From Dictyostelium discoideum (Eukaryota), in the NCBI GenBank assembly GCA_000004695.1, contig CM000154.2, positions 5,061,353-5,125,352 on the forward strand: a stretch of 64,000 bases of DNA. The letters run 5' to 3'. Positions 26,372-40,928 of the stretch are shown in pieces. A program made the translations under genes and the position numbers. A model generated the notes under the pieces. The model made no database searches, was not told the DNA's origin, and worked only from the letters and a program-made list of their open reading frames with translations. How positions within the stretch are numbered: the stretch's first letter is position 1; the number at the start of each line of letters is the position of its first letter.

Positions 26372-26771
26372 TTAAGTGATGATTATATTTGGTTCTTTAT
26401 TATCTTTATTTTCATCATTATTAATAATTTCCAATTGTTTAATAATTTCTTTTGAAATGTCTTTGTAATTTTTAGCTTGTGGTGAATCTGGTTGAGTTAC
26501 TGTTATAGGTTTACCACTGTCAGAAGTTTCTCTAATTTGTAAATGTATTGGAACATCACCTAGAAAATTTATACCCATTTTTTTTGCTGTATTTTTTGCA
26601 CCTTCATTACCAAAAATATGTGTTGATTCATTACAATGAGGACAATTAAAGTAACTCATATTTTCAACTAATCCTAGAATCTTTTTTTTTTTTTTTAAAA
26701 AAAAAATAAATAAATAATTAATTTTACCAATCATTGATAAATTTATATATATGAATATATATATATATGTA

Positions 26772-26824
<53 letters not shown>

Positions 26825-27511
26825 ATAAATAATTAAAAAAAAACTTACAGGTACTTCAACTTTTTTAAACATATTAACACCTCTAACAACATCAGCTAAA
26901 GCTACATCTTGAGGTGTTGAAACTATAACAGCACCAGTTAAAGGTACTCTTTGACACATTGTTAAGATAGCATCACCAGTACCAGGTGGTAAATCACAAA
27001 CCAATACATCCAAATGACCCCAATCAGTTTGACGTAATAATTTTTCTAAAGCACTACCAACCATTGGTCCTCTCCAAATGATTGGATCATCTTCATTCAC
27101 TAAAAATCCCATTGACATACATTTTATACCATAGTTTTGAAGTGGTATCATTTGATTAAGTTCATTAGTGAATGGTTTTTCATGATTTTTTAAATCCATC
27201 ATTAATGGTATCGATGGTCCAAATACATCTACATCTAATAATCCAACAGATAAATTATGAGATGATAATCCTAACGCTATATTAACTGCACATGTTGATT
27301 TTCCTACCCCTCCCTTTGCTGATGATACCGCTATAATATTCTTAATTCCTTCAATTGCTACTTTGGTTACTTGTGGTTGTCTATGACCACTACCACCATG
27401 TAATTGAATTTTATTGTTTGAAAAATAATTTCTTTTTCCACTTTCAAGTTGGAAAGTTATAAATTGCTTATTTGGGGAAAAGAATGGTGTGGTAATCAAT
27501 TTTTTGAACAT
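26372..27511 (-). CDS. nubpl: Mitochondrial Mrp/NBP35-type iron-sulfur P-loop ATPase NUBPL/Ind1 (complex I assembly factor), ~323 aa. Exons complement(join(26372..26680,26849..27511)).
   Basis: An N-terminal presequence-like extension is followed by [13 protein letters not shown] (Walker A) and then [20 protein letters not shown] and CDLPPGTGD. Across the intron come the family-defining [18 protein letters not shown] (CPxC motif) and a [19 protein letters not shown] tail. It is colinear with human NUBPL almost block for block. Confidence 0.85.
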
Positions 27512-27936
27512 TTTTTAGTTTACAAAAAAAAAAAAAAAAAAAAAAATTTAAAATAATGGTCCAAAAAAAACAGAACTGTTTTTATTTTCATATTTTTTTT
27601 TTTTTTCTCACTTTTTAAAAATTTTTTAATTTTTAATGGGCATTAAATAAAATAATTTTTTTTAAAAAAAAAAAAAAAATTCCCACCAAATGGAAATAAT
27701 AATTAATCCATATTCAGTAAACATCATTTAGCATTAATAATACACCGTGTGGTATTTGTAAAAAAAAACAAAAAAGTGTGAAATTTTATTTTAATACCTA
27801 TTTTTTAATTATTTAATTTTTTTTTTTTTTTTATTTATTTTATTTTATTTATTTATTATTTTCTTCTATTTATTTTTATATTTTGATGTTAAAATTTTAT
27901 AATTATTATTAACATTTATTATTTAAAACAATAAAC

Positions 27937-27967
<31 letters not shown>

Positions 27968-27987
27968 ATAATAATAAATAAAAAATA

Positions 27988-28881
27988 ATGAAATTATTAT
28001 TTTGTTTAATATTATTTCAATTAATAGTTTTAATAAAAAGTGAAAGAGAATATTTTACATTTCGAGAGGATGTACGTAGATGTGAAAGACCAAGATGTGG
28101 AGGATATTTTTTAAAAAAATTAAACTCTCGAGCAGATCATGAAATTTATGTAAGTAGTTTTATAATGGTAAATGCAAATTTAAATCCAATGGAAATTGAA
28201 GACCATGATCAAAATATTATCAGTGGGTATGTAATGCCATCTGATGAAGATGATGGTTATAATACATTCTTTTTAAAGGGAATACACGAAAGAATGGTAA
28301 TTCCAGATGTGATTAATAGTTATAAAAAAGTTTTGTCAAATAAAAAATTTAAAAATTCAGATTCATTTTATTTCCTTTCCAGCTCTCAAATTGAATGTAT
28401 TCAATCTGATGGTTGTCCAATTTATAAATCAATAAAGATCAATTTTAATGAATCAACAAATTTTGAATCATACACAGAGCCATACACATCAAATGTTCCT
28501 TTATTGGATTTAAATTGGTTCAATTCAAGATTAATTAAAAAGGATATTCATAGTCCTTATATTGGTTCAATTGTTTCTGGTACAATTAATGATAACCAAT
28601 TATCAATCACTGAAATTTTCATAAACACTGAAGATCCAGTTTTCCCTTGTAAAAGAAATACTTTTACTTGCACTACTCCTCAGGTTCCAACATTTTCTCG
28701 TTCAGTTGATCGTTGTCCAATATTTGAAAAATGTGTTACAAGATCTGTTTGTCATCTTGGAATTCCAACTTGCCCAAAAGGTTATAAATCTTATTCTTAC
28801 CCTTCTTTACCAAAAGGTTGCTTAAAATATTATTGTGACCCTGAAGCTTTACCAAATCCTCATAAAGTTTCTGGACCATAA
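27988..28881 (+). CDS. Secreted cysteine-rich protein of unknown family, 297 aa. Paralog A of a tandem pair.
   Basis: Single exon with signal peptide MKLLFCLILFQLIVLIKS. It has ~16 Cys including RRCERPRCGGYF, CIQSDGCPIYK, and a C-terminal module CPIFEKCVTRSVCHLGIPTCPKGYKSYSYPSLPKGCLKYYCDPEALPNPHKVSGP. It is alignable along its full length with the ORF at 29569..30450. Confidence 0.6.
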   Translation: MKLLFCLILFQLIVLIKSEREYFTFREDVRRCERPRCGGYFLKKLNSRADHEIYVSSFIMVNANLNPMEIEDHDQNIISGYVMPSDEDDGYNTFFLKGIHERMVIPDVINSYKKVLSNKKFKNSDSFYFLSSSQIECIQSDGCPIYKSIKINFNESTNFESYTEPYTSNVPLLDLNWFNSRLIKKDIHSPYIGSIVSGTINDNQLSITEIFINTEDPVFPCKRNTFTCTTPQVPTFSRSVDRCPIFEKCVTRSVCHLGIPTCPKGYKSYSYPSLPKGCLKYYCDPEALPNPHKVSGP

Positions 28882-28987
28882 AAATAAATAAAAATAATAA
28901 TAAAATCTACTAATTTATTTTTATATAAATCTTTTTCTTATTTTGTTTATTTTATTTCTTATTTTTTTATTATTAAAAAAAGAATTT

Positions 28988-29026
<39 letters not shown>

Positions 29027-29192
29027 AAATCCTAATTTGGGTTTACTTATTTTTTATATCATATTTATTTTAAAGTTTATTATTTTAAAATAAAATTAAC
29101 TTTGGAAAAAAAAGAAAAAAAAAATTACATAAATATAAAAATAATAAAAAAAGATATAAAAAAATTAAATAACTCCAAAATAAGATATTGAT

Positions 29193-29335
29193 TTTTTGGG
29201 GTTTTTTTATTACATTCAGCACATGTGTTGGTATGTTTTTTTTTTGTTTTTTTTTTGGGGGTAATAATAATTTTCTGAATGTTCTAACAAAAAATTATTA
29301 TTTCAATTTTTAATTTTATTAATGTTGTTATTATT

Positions 29336-29378
<43 letters not shown>

Positions 29379-29480
29379 TTTTTTTGGGGGTAATAATTTT
29401 CTGAATATACCAAAATAAATTATTTTTTTAATTTTTAATTTTTTTAATTTTTTAATTTTTATTTATTATTATTATTATTT
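29193..29480. repeat. Tandemly duplicated ~100-bp upstream element, each copy carrying T-run+GGGGG+TAATAA(TAA)TTTTCTGAAT, separated by (ATT)n, with a third TTTTTGGGG copy at 29193. It sits immediately 5' of the second cysteine-rich paralog.
   Basis: 29251-29280 ttttttttgggggtaataataattttctgaat and 29383-29406 tttttttttgggggtaataattttctgaat are each followed by aaaa..ttatt..tttaatttttaattt and tatttttatttattattatt. Shorter copy attttttggggttttttt at 29191-29208. G5 runs are rare in this A/T-rich intergenic DNA. Confidence 0.5.
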
Positions 29481-29568
29481 TTTTTTTTTTTTTAATAAAA
29501 AAAAAGTATAAATAGATTTTTTTTTTTTTATATTGATCAAAATAATATTAATAAAAAAAAATAAAAAA

Positions 29569-30450
29569 ATGAGAATATTAATTTTTTTAATAATATTAAT
29601 TCTAATAATAAATATTACTAATGGTAGTGATGAAGAATATTTCACAGTTCGTAAAGATTTACGTAAATGCGCAACTTGTGGTGGGTATTTCTTTAAAAGA
29701 ATAAATTCAGATGAAAAAGAAATGCATGTCACAGGACTTTCATTAATTAATGCTAATTTGAAACCAAATAAGATGGAAGATGAAAAGAATGTAATTATTA
29801 GTGGTGATATTACTTTAACTGATAAAGATCAAGGATTTTATAGTTTCTTCTTAAAAGGAATTCATCATAGAATGGTATTACCACCAAGTGATGATAATAA
29901 ATCAAATTCAAAAAATCTTAAAAATTCCACATCAGAATCATATGGTTTCATTTCAAATTCTGGTACTACTTGTATTCAAGCAAAGGGTTGTCCAATTTAT
30001 AAGTTTTCAAAAATCAATACCAATGAAACTACTAATTTTGCAACCTATACTGAACCTTATACATCCTGTGTTCCATTATTGGATAAAGATTGGTTCTCCT
30101 CGAGATTAATTAAAACTGATACTTCTTTTTATGTTGGTTCCATTGTCTTGGGATCAATTTCAAAGGGTGAATTAACAATTTCAAGTATTTTTGTTAATAC
30201 AGAAGATCCAGCCTTACCATGCCCAGAAAATCCAAGTTGTCCTGGTGGTAAAATTCAAACTTTTACTCGTTCCGTTAATCGTTGTCCAATCTTTAACAAA
30301 TGCGTAAATAGAGGTGTCTGTCATCTTGGAATTCCTCATTGTCCAGTTGGTTATACTTCTTATTCTTTACAATCTGCTCCAAATGGTTGTTTAAAGTATT
30401 ATTGTGATCCTGATTCTTTACCAAATCCATCAACTGTTTTAGGTCCTTAA
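29569..30450 (+). CDS. Secreted cysteine-rich protein of unknown family, 293 aa. Paralog B of the tandem pair.
   Basis: Real start is MRILIFLIILILIINITNG (the track ORF starts 36 nt earlier in A-rich leader). Motifs are shared with paralog A: EYFTVRKDLRKCATCGGYFFKR, CIQAKGCPIYKFSKINTNETTNF.TYTEPYTS.VPLLD, and the C-terminal CPIFNKCVNRGVCHLGIPHCPVGYTSYSLQSAPNGCLKYYCDPDSLPNPSTVLGP. Confidence 0.6.
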   Translation: MRILIFLIILILIINITNGSDEEYFTVRKDLRKCATCGGYFFKRINSDEKEMHVTGLSLINANLKPNKMEDEKNVIISGDITLTDKDQGFYSFFLKGIHHRMVLPPSDDNKSNSKNLKNSTSESYGFISNSGTTCIQAKGCPIYKFSKINTNETTNFATYTEPYTSCVPLLDKDWFSSRLIKTDTSFYVGSIVLGSISKGELTISSIFVNTEDPALPCPENPSCPGGKIQTFTRSVNRCPIFNKCVNRGVCHLGIPHCPVGYTSYSLQSAPNGCLKYYCDPDSLPNPSTVLGP

Positions 30451-30832
30451 AATAAAAATAAAAATGAAAATATGACTTTTTATTTTTTAAAATCAAAATA
30501 ACAAAAACATATTTTCATTTTTATTGTTTTTTTTTTTTTTTAAAATCAAATCAGTGGATAGAATAAAAAAATTTAAATAAAATAGTTATTACCTTTTTTT
30601 TTTTAAAACAAAAAAAATAAATGAATTAAATCTGGATTATTTTATTTGTTTTTTTTATAATTTTTTCAAATATTTAAATTTGATTGGTTGTGGTAATTTT
30701 TACCCTCCTTTTAGTGAAATTGGTATATTTTTATTAAAATTAAATAACAAAAACAATTACAAAAAATGAATGGTAAATAATTAAATTCTTTAAAAAAAAA
30801 AAAAAAACAGAATTGTATAAACCTAAAATTAA

Positions 30833-30869
<37 letters not shown>

Positions 30870-30972
30870 AAAAAAATCAAAACGAACGAAATTTTTTTTT
30901 ATTTTTTTTTTTTTATTTTTAATTTTAAACCGAATCTTGATTGAAAGGATATTAATATTAAACCATTAAATA

Positions 30973-31307
30973 ATGTCATCACCACCAAATAAATCAGTGG
31001 AAATTATGGAGGATTCAGTTATCCAAAATATTTTTGGAGAAAGTAGTGAAGAAGAATTAGAATTTTCATATCATACATATAAACGTATTGAAAATACAAG
31101 AGAAAATAAAGATGTCAAAGAAATTGTAGTTCGTCTATCTCAAAGACATAGTTTATGGGCACATTTACCATGGAATGCTGGTATTGCCTTATCTGATTAT
31201 TTTGATGAACATGTTGACTTTAAAAATAAAAAGTAAATAATAAAAAAAAAATTAAAAAATAAAAATAACTCTAATTTTATTTATTCCAAAAATAAATAAT
31301 AATAATA

Positions 31308-31382
<75 letters not shown>

Positions 31383-32042
31383 TATTATTATTTAATAAAG
31401 TGTACTTGAACTTGGATCAGGAGCAGGTTTACCATCATTTATAGCAGGATTGAATGGAGCAAAAAAAGTAGTTTTAACAGATTACCCAGACACAAATTTA
31501 ATTGAAAATTTAAATTATAATATTACAAATTCATTACCAGAGTCAGTTACAAAAGATCGTATATATGGTAAAGGACATCTTTGGGGTAAAGAACCTGAAT
31601 CTTTATTCCAATATTTAGAGAATCCATCAACTGAAAAATTTGATATCATCATTCTTTCAGATCTTATTTTCAACCACGCAGCTCATGATAAAATGTTAAT
31701 ATCTTGTTCAAAATGTTTATCAGATGATGGCGTTGTAAGTTTTTTACTTTTATTTATTTATTTATTTATTTTTTAATTTTTTATTATTTATTTAATTGAA
31801 AAAAACTACTTTTTATATATTAATATATTCATTATTATTTTTAGATTTATGTAACATTTTCACACCATAGACCAAATAGAATTGCAAAAGATTTAGCTTT
31901 CTTTGAAATTGCCACTGAAGAACCATACAATTTTACACCTGAAAAGTTTAATGAACGTAGAATGTGTGCAATGTTTGAAAATGATTTGGGTCCTGAAGAA
32001 ATTCGTTCAACTGTTTGTTTTTATACTTTAAAAAGAAAATAA
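30973..32042 (+). CDS. Class I SAM-dependent methyltransferase of the Methyltransf_16 (EFM/METTL21/Nnt1-like) family, ~308 aa. Exons join(30973..31232,31401..31734,31845..32042).
   Basis: Exon 1 ends ...SLWAHLPWNAGIALSDYFDEHVDFKNK. Exon 2 starts N-VLELGSGAGLPSFIAGLNGAKKVVLTDYPD (motif I, GxGxG) and continues DIIILSDLIFNHAAHDKMLISCSKCLSDDGV (motif post-II). Exon 3 is IYVTFSHHRPNRIAKDLAFFE.... Introns have GTAAAT/GTAAGT donors and AG acceptors with consistent phase. Confidence 0.6.
31296..31383. repeat. (AAT)~29 microsatellite inside intron 1 of the methyltransferase gene.
   Basis: Pure aat array read directly. It lies between the exon 1 donor (31233) and the exon 2 acceptor (31400). Confidence 0.9.
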
Positions 32043-32523
32043 TTTTAAAAATAGAAAAAAAAATAAAAAAATAAAACAAATGTTATAAAAAAAGTAAAAA
32101 AAAAAAAAAAAATATAAATAGATTATTAAAAAAATATTGCTTCAATTTTGATTAATAAAATAAAATATAAATAAAAAAAAAAAATAATAATAAAAAAAAA
32201 AATAAAAAAAAAATAATAATATTAAAAATAATATATTTAAAATTTTAGCTAATAATAATAATAATACTGATAGAATCCAATGGCGTTCATTTTATAACGT
32301 CATTGGATATTTTTTTTTTTAATTTAGTTTTTTTTTTAAAGTAAAAAATATCTTCCAATCATCAAATACATATATTTAATTTTTAATTTATTTTTTTTTT
32401 TTTATTTTTTTTTTTAAAAATTTATTATAAATTATTAATTTATTTTTTAATATTTTGTGGTAAAAGAAATGTTTTTGAAGGGTTTTTAATTAATATCATT
32501 GTCCTAAAAGAATTGTGGTTAAA

Positions 32524-32563
<40 letters not shown>

Positions 32564-32660
32564 ATAGATAAATTTTTTCCCTAATTTAAAAAAAGTATTT
32601 AAAAAAAAAAAAAAAAAAAAAGGTTATTTTTTTAAAAAAAAAAAAAAAAAAAAAAAGGAA

Positions 32661-34664
<2,004 letters not shown>

Positions 34665-34988
34665 ATAATAAATAAATAATAATAATAAATTTAAAATAAT
34701 AATGATTAAAAAAAAAAAAGAAAAAAAAAAACTAATTTAAAAAAAAAAAAATAAATAAAAAAGTTAAAAGAAATTTTATATGTTTAAAAAAAGTTTGTAA
34801 GTTTTTTTTTTTTATTATGTTTATGGTTTTTTTTTTTTTTTATTATGTTAAGAGTTTTTTTTTTCTTTTCTCTATTATTAAAAATTATATATTAAAATTA
34901 AAATCGATTATTATTAATATTATTATTTATTATTTATTTATTTTATTTATTTTATTTTATTTATTTATTATTACTATTATTAATATTT

Positions 34989-35862
34989 TTATAAATCATC
35001 TCTACAAGTTGGACCAACTGGTGGTTCTAATAAGGTAGTTTTACCTTGTGGACCTTCAGCTGCTTTTCTATGAGTTTGTGGACCAATTTTAGTTGGTTTA
35101 TTATTTTTAATTTGATCCAATAAGTTGATAGTTGAGGCAGAAGTGAGATCTTCATAGAAATCATCATTGATACACATCATTGGAGCATTGACACATGCAC
35201 CTAAACATTCTACTTCAACGAGTGTGAATTTATTATCTGGTGTAGTTTCACCGACTTGAATACCTAAATGAGATTTGCAAGTTTTAATGATTTCACCTGA
35301 ACCTCTTAACATACATGGAGTGGTAGTACAAACTTGAACAAAGTTTTCACCAATCTTTGTTCTATTAAACATTGTGTAAAATGATGCAACCTCGTAGGCT
35401 GTCATTGGTGCAATGCCACAAATATGTGCAACTTTATCCATTGCTCTTAATGATATCCATCCACCATTTTGTCTTTGTGCCAAATCTAATAATGGAATTA
35501 AAGCTGATTGTCTATATTGTTTTGGGTACTTTGCTAAAATCTTTTCAACTTTAACTAAATTCTCTTGTGTAAAATCAAATGGTGTATGTTCATTATTATC
35601 TTCTGTTTCAACATGCTTAATAAATTAGAAAAAAAATTTGAAAAAAAATAAAATAAATAAAATAATAATAAAAGTTAAATTAAATAAATATTTTAGATTT
35701 ATGTGAATCAATTGATTTTTTTAATATTAATTCTTTATCACTTACTCTACTTAAAGCATCTGATCTTGTTAATGTGGATTGTTTAAAATAATTTCTGTTG
35801 AAACCATTTGATTTATTCAATTGATTTAAAAAGGTTGTTCTTTTGAGTAATGATCTAAACAT
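34989..35862 (-). CDS. ndufv2: NADH dehydrogenase [ubiquinone] flavoprotein 2 (24 kDa subunit of complex I), ~247 aa. Exons complement(join(34989..35615,35746..35862)).
   Basis: Exon 1 is a mitochondrial presequence (MFRSLLKRTTFLNQLNKSNGFNR...). Exon 2 reads HVETEDNNEHTPFDFTQENLVKVEKILAKYPKQYRQSALIPLLDLAQRQNGGWIS...YEVASFYTMFNR...VCTTTPCMLRGS...LVEVECLGACVNAPMMCINDDFYEDLT, near-identical in block order to human NDUFV2 including the 2Fe-2S Cys ligands. The intron has a GTAAGTG donor and TTAAG acceptor. Confidence 0.85.
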
Positions 35863-36210
35863 TTTTATAATATTGTTCTAACAAAAAACACACACAAAAA
35901 TGTTGAAAATATTGAAAAATAAATAAATTTTTTTTTTTTTTTTTTTTTAAAAAATTTTTATTTTTTATTTTTTTTTTTTATTACGAATTTCATTGAGCTT
36001 TTTTTTTTTTTTTTCATTCAAAAAAAAAAAAATGATGTTTTTTAATTTTTTCATTTTTTCATTTTAAATTTTTTTTTTTTTTTTTTTTTTTTTTTCTCAC
36101 GCTCTTCGTTTTTTTTTTTTTTTTATTTTTTATTTTTTTTTATTTTTTTTTTTTTTAATATTTTTTGATTATTCATATTCATATATATAGAATTTCAATA
36201 GGATACGAAT

Positions 36211-36699
36211 ATGAGTAGTGGAATATCATTTGCAAGAAATCTACATATTAGAATTAAAAATGGTGTTACATCAGCACCATTTGGTTATGCATCAGTATTG
36301 AAATTTGGTATACCAGTGATACCACCAAGAACTCCAGGTAAAATTGAAGTTATTGAATCACCAATTTTAAAATATGCACAAGAATTTGCTGATAGTCATC
36401 GTGAAATTGGCTATTTAACAGATAATCGTTTATCACAAGATGCATACAATTATGCAAGTTTAAAACTTTCATACATGAAAAAAGGTTTAAGTGAATCACA
36501 AGCTAATACACAAGCAAAAAAAGATGTTATAAAAAATTTAGAAGTTCGTTCATTAGAGTTGGATCTCATTCAAAATCAAGCTCTTAAAATTGGTATTCCA
36601 TCTTTTCAACCAAAATCTCATTTAGAACAAATTAATACTTTAACAAAAAAAGTTGAAGATCGTAGAGCAGAATATGAAATTATTGAAGCAAGGTAAAAA

Positions 36700-36731
<32 letters not shown>

Positions 36732-39422
36732 AAAAAAAAAAAAAAAAAATACTAATATGTTTATTTTTACTTTTTTTTTTATTTATTTTTTTTTAAAAAA
36801 AGAGAAAAATTAGAAGGTACATTGGCACTTAAATTTCAATATGGTGATATGACACCATTAACATTATCAAATGTATCATTATTATCACCAATTCAATATT
36901 TTATTTTTGTTAAAGAACATCCAGAATATCATAAAGTTTTACTTCAACCAATTGGTGAAGATCAAGGAAAAGTTAATTTAGAAGAAATAAATAGTAGTGG
37001 AGGCAGATTCACAGCCTATGATTATTCAATGAATCCAAAAAATTCATTCTTTTTAACATTTTCAAAGAGTGGCAAATCATATATGGATTTAGTTACAATG
37101 GGAAATGATATGGTTTTAGAAAAGGGAGTAAAAAGAAAAGTAGCAAAAAAAGAATCAACAAAAGATGAAGATGATGATGAAGATGGTGTTGATGATGATG
37201 AAGAAACAACAATAACAGAATCAGAAGAAACAGAGGATGTAGAATATGAAGCAGCAGAAAAAGCAAGAGCTCAATATACAATGAGATTAAGTGCAAAATT
37301 AAAAGAAAATGATTTCAGTTTCACATTGACAGATTTAGAGAAAATACCAAATTCAATCGATAGAACTCAACTCGTTCAAGATAAATTAAAAAAGAATTTC
37401 TTCTCTGTTGAATCACTCTCTCAATCTAAAATCGATGTTGAACAAGGTCGTTTCATTTCTAAAGATAATGGATTCCCATCAGCTGCCAATATTCCATTGG
37501 ATAGTTTTTCACGTTTACCAACCGTTAGTTCCATTAAAACTTTGAGACATCTTTTGTCAATCGGTGATGTCTCTAAAGAACTTTATGAATATTTAGAAAG
37601 ACAAGAAAGTGGTGGTGGTGCTAAAATTGACGAGTCAGTCATTGGAGGAGGTTCTGATAAAAATGGTAATTCTTCATTATCAGCTGATTCAAACATTGGA
37701 AAGAATTACCTTTTTTCAGATTTATCACATATTGAAACTTTAAGTAACTTAAAGAGATACAATGATATTCCAGTTAACGATGGTTTAAATTCTGTTGAAA
37801 CTGATCTCAAAGAGACTTACGTTAATACCGTATTGAATGTTACTGATAAACTCTATACCGCTCCAATCAAGGAACAAAGAATTTTGAAAGAAAAGTTTAG
37901 TAATGAATTCACCTTTGAAGAATCACTTTCAATCGATGATCTAAATTCACCAATCGATGAATTTGCTGAAGACCTTATTACTCAATCACCACCAAAAGGT
38001 CCTATCATTGAAGAAGATGGTTTAATCGATTTAAAAAATACAAATATCTTTTCAAGTCAACCACTCTATGAATCATTTATAACAAACAAATATCAATCAA
38101 ATACTAAAGAAGAAGAAGAAGAAGAAGAAGAACAAAAACAACAACAATTAAAAGAAAAAAAAGAGGATGAAGAATATCAAAAACCAAATTTCCAAAATAT
38201 TTTATCAGATGAAGCACTTAATATTGCTAGTGGTAAATCAACAATGGATCCATTATATTTATTGGATGCAAATAATAATAGAAGTACATTATTATATCAA
38301 AATTCAACTAAAAAACAACAACAACAACCATCATCATCGTCAGTAAATTCCCAAACTGAACAAGAAATTGAATCAAACCCAACTACTACTTTATTTGATA
38401 AATTTTTTGAAAAGTATATCTTACCAGAAAATATTGTAAGTTATTCAAAATATCACGCTAAAAGAATTATTCAAGATGAAAATAGAATTAAATCCCAATT
38501 AAATCAAGAGTTATTATTAAAACAACAACAAGAACAACAACACAATCAAAACTCAATAAACAAGGATCAAACTCTCATATTAGATGGTCCAACCTATGAG
38601 AGATTATCAATATTAAAATTAAATCACAAAGAAACCACCGATCTCCAAATAAAAACAGATATTGAAATGGAAATTGTGGAAATCTTGGAAAGTTTAACAA
38701 ATCAATCATTGACCGCCAGAAAGAATGCTCATAATCATCTATACCCAGAGTATAAGAATGCCTCAAAGTCAATCATCAATGAAAAGAAGATCTCTGAAGA
38801 TTTAATTAGATATGTTATCGATTCTGATCTCATCTCTCATAAATATAATGTTGCCCCATCCATCGATAAAGAAGACAAGGTCGATTTTAGAACTTTGAAA
38901 TTGGATCCAGAAACTGAGCATCAATATGCCCACCACATTAAAGAGTTTAGAGATAAAGATGCCAAAGGTCTCATCTCTCAACAAGATGCCTTTGAATTTA
39001 CAAATTACATCAACTACTTAAAGGAAAGTTCTGCTACTTCTCCAATCATTCAATCTCTTAAATCTTCAATTCATATGAAATCAAATAACAATGAACTCAT
39101 CGATCAATTCAATGCTGAATCTTTAGAAAAAGATACCACCACCACCGATAAACTCTCCCCTGAAGGTTTGTTCTTTAAGCAACTCGGAGAAATGTTCCCT
39201 TCCGAAGCTGATAAAGAAATTGCTATCAATACTCTCTTATATCAAAATAATAAAAATCAAAAGATTCAAAAACTTGAAAATGATTTGGTTAATGCAATCT
39301 CTAAGGATTCCACCATTCGTATTCCTTCTCCAAAAGAATTAAATCAATCTCTTGCTGATGCCAAAGTTGAATTCTCCAAAAAAACTTTAACTTCAAAGGA
39401 TCAATTTGATTTTGATAATTAA
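36211..39422 (+). CDS. Large uncharacterised protein, ~1033 aa. Exons join(36211..36692,36803..39422).
   Basis: Exon 1 (ATG 36211; ...EYEIIEA) joins exon 2 (REKLEGTLALKFQYGDMTPLTL...) through a GTAAAA...AG intron in phase 2. It is mostly non-repetitive with an acidic stretch (KDEDDDEDGVDDDEETTITESEETEDVEYE) and an E/Q-rich stretch. No domain recognised by eye. Confidence 0.5.
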
Positions 39423-39980
39423 AAAAAAAAAAAAAAAAAAAAAAAAGTTATATAAAAAAAAAAAAAATTTTTAAATAAATAAAATAAAATAAAAAAAAAT
39501 AAAAAATATAATAATAATTAATTTAATATAAAAAAAAAATATATATATTTATATATAAAAAATATAAATATTAATTTTATACAAAAATCTTCTCTTTCAA
39601 ATCTATGCCATATTAAAAATAAATAAGCTATAGTTTATTAATTATTAATTTATTTCAATAATTTTCCCCCATTTCCAAAAAAAAAAAAAAAATCCTTAAT
39701 AGGGAGAAATGAAAAGTTGGAAAAAAAAAAAAAAGTGGGTTTTCACTTATAAAAATTATTGAAATTCAATTTTATTTTTTTTTTTTTTTTTTTTTTTTCT
39801 CTAAACAATATTTATTAAAAAAATATTGCTTAGAAAAAAAAAAAAAATAAAACAAAAAAAAAAAAGATAGAATATTATTTGTATTAATAAAAAAATAATA
39901 AAAAAAAAAATAAAAAAAATAAAAAAAAAGAGATAGAATATTATTTGTATTAATAAAAAAAAAAAAAATAAAAATAAAAA

Positions 39981-40758
39981 ATGACATTTGTGGATAATTT
40001 TGAATTCAATCAAAATACACCAAGATTAGTAAGAGGTCCATTTATAATTTTAAACTCAATAATTTTTGTAAGTAAAAAAAAAAAAAAAAAAAAAAAAAAT
40101 TATTTAAAAACTAATTTTAAAGAAAAAAAAAAAAAAAAAAAAAAAAAAGAGTTTATCATTTATTTTATTATGTTCAACTGGTATAATTATTTATTACTTA
40201 AATGAATACTATTTAGTTAAAGATTTAACAATACCATTAGGATCATTTATTTTAAGTGCATATATGGTAATAACAACAATAGTTGGTGGAATAGCAATTT
40301 GGAAGAAAAAACTTGGATTACATTTGACTTTTATGGTATTTTTAGTGGTATTAATAGTTTGTTTGGTTGGTGTTAGTGCTAAAATGATTGTAGATAGTGG
40401 TAATCCAGAGAAATTACAACATAAAATTGAAAATATTTGGTATAAAGTGGGTAATTATCAACATCACTCAAAACACTATCATCATGGAATCATTGAAATA
40501 ATTGAAAAACATCACCGTTGTTGTGGTTGGTCAAAAGAAATTGAAGGAAATTATTGTGTTCACTTTAATAGAAGAGAATCTGGTCATGGTTATTGTGCAC
40601 CATATGTTGAAAAAAGTGTTGAATCAATTTTAAAATATTTGGGTTACTATGGAATAGTTTTATCAGTTATAGAATTGATTTTATTAATATTATCAGGTTT
40701 CTTTTTATTAAAAACAAATAAAAATGTAAAATCAAAATCATTTATTTTACAAGATTAA
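39981..40758 (+). CDS. Tetraspanin, ~232 aa. Exons join(39981..40067,40150..40758).
   Basis: Four predicted TM helices with a large second extracellular loop containing the tetraspanin CCG motif (EKHHRCCGWSKEIEGNYCVHF...YCAP). The intron has a GTAAGT donor. A ~32-bp direct repeat (agatagaatattatttgtattaataaaaaaa) occurs twice at 39861-39895 and 39926-39958, just upstream. Confidence 0.65.
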
Positions 40759-40928
40759 AATAATAATAATAAAAATAATAATAAATTTATAAATTATAAA
40801 ATATTTTAAAATGTTTAAATTTTTTTATTAAACTGCGTTTTAGTTTTTTTTTTTTTTTTTTTTTTTTTGATTATTATATTTTTTTTTTTTCACTTATTTA
40901 TCTATCTTATTTATTCATTGATCTATCC

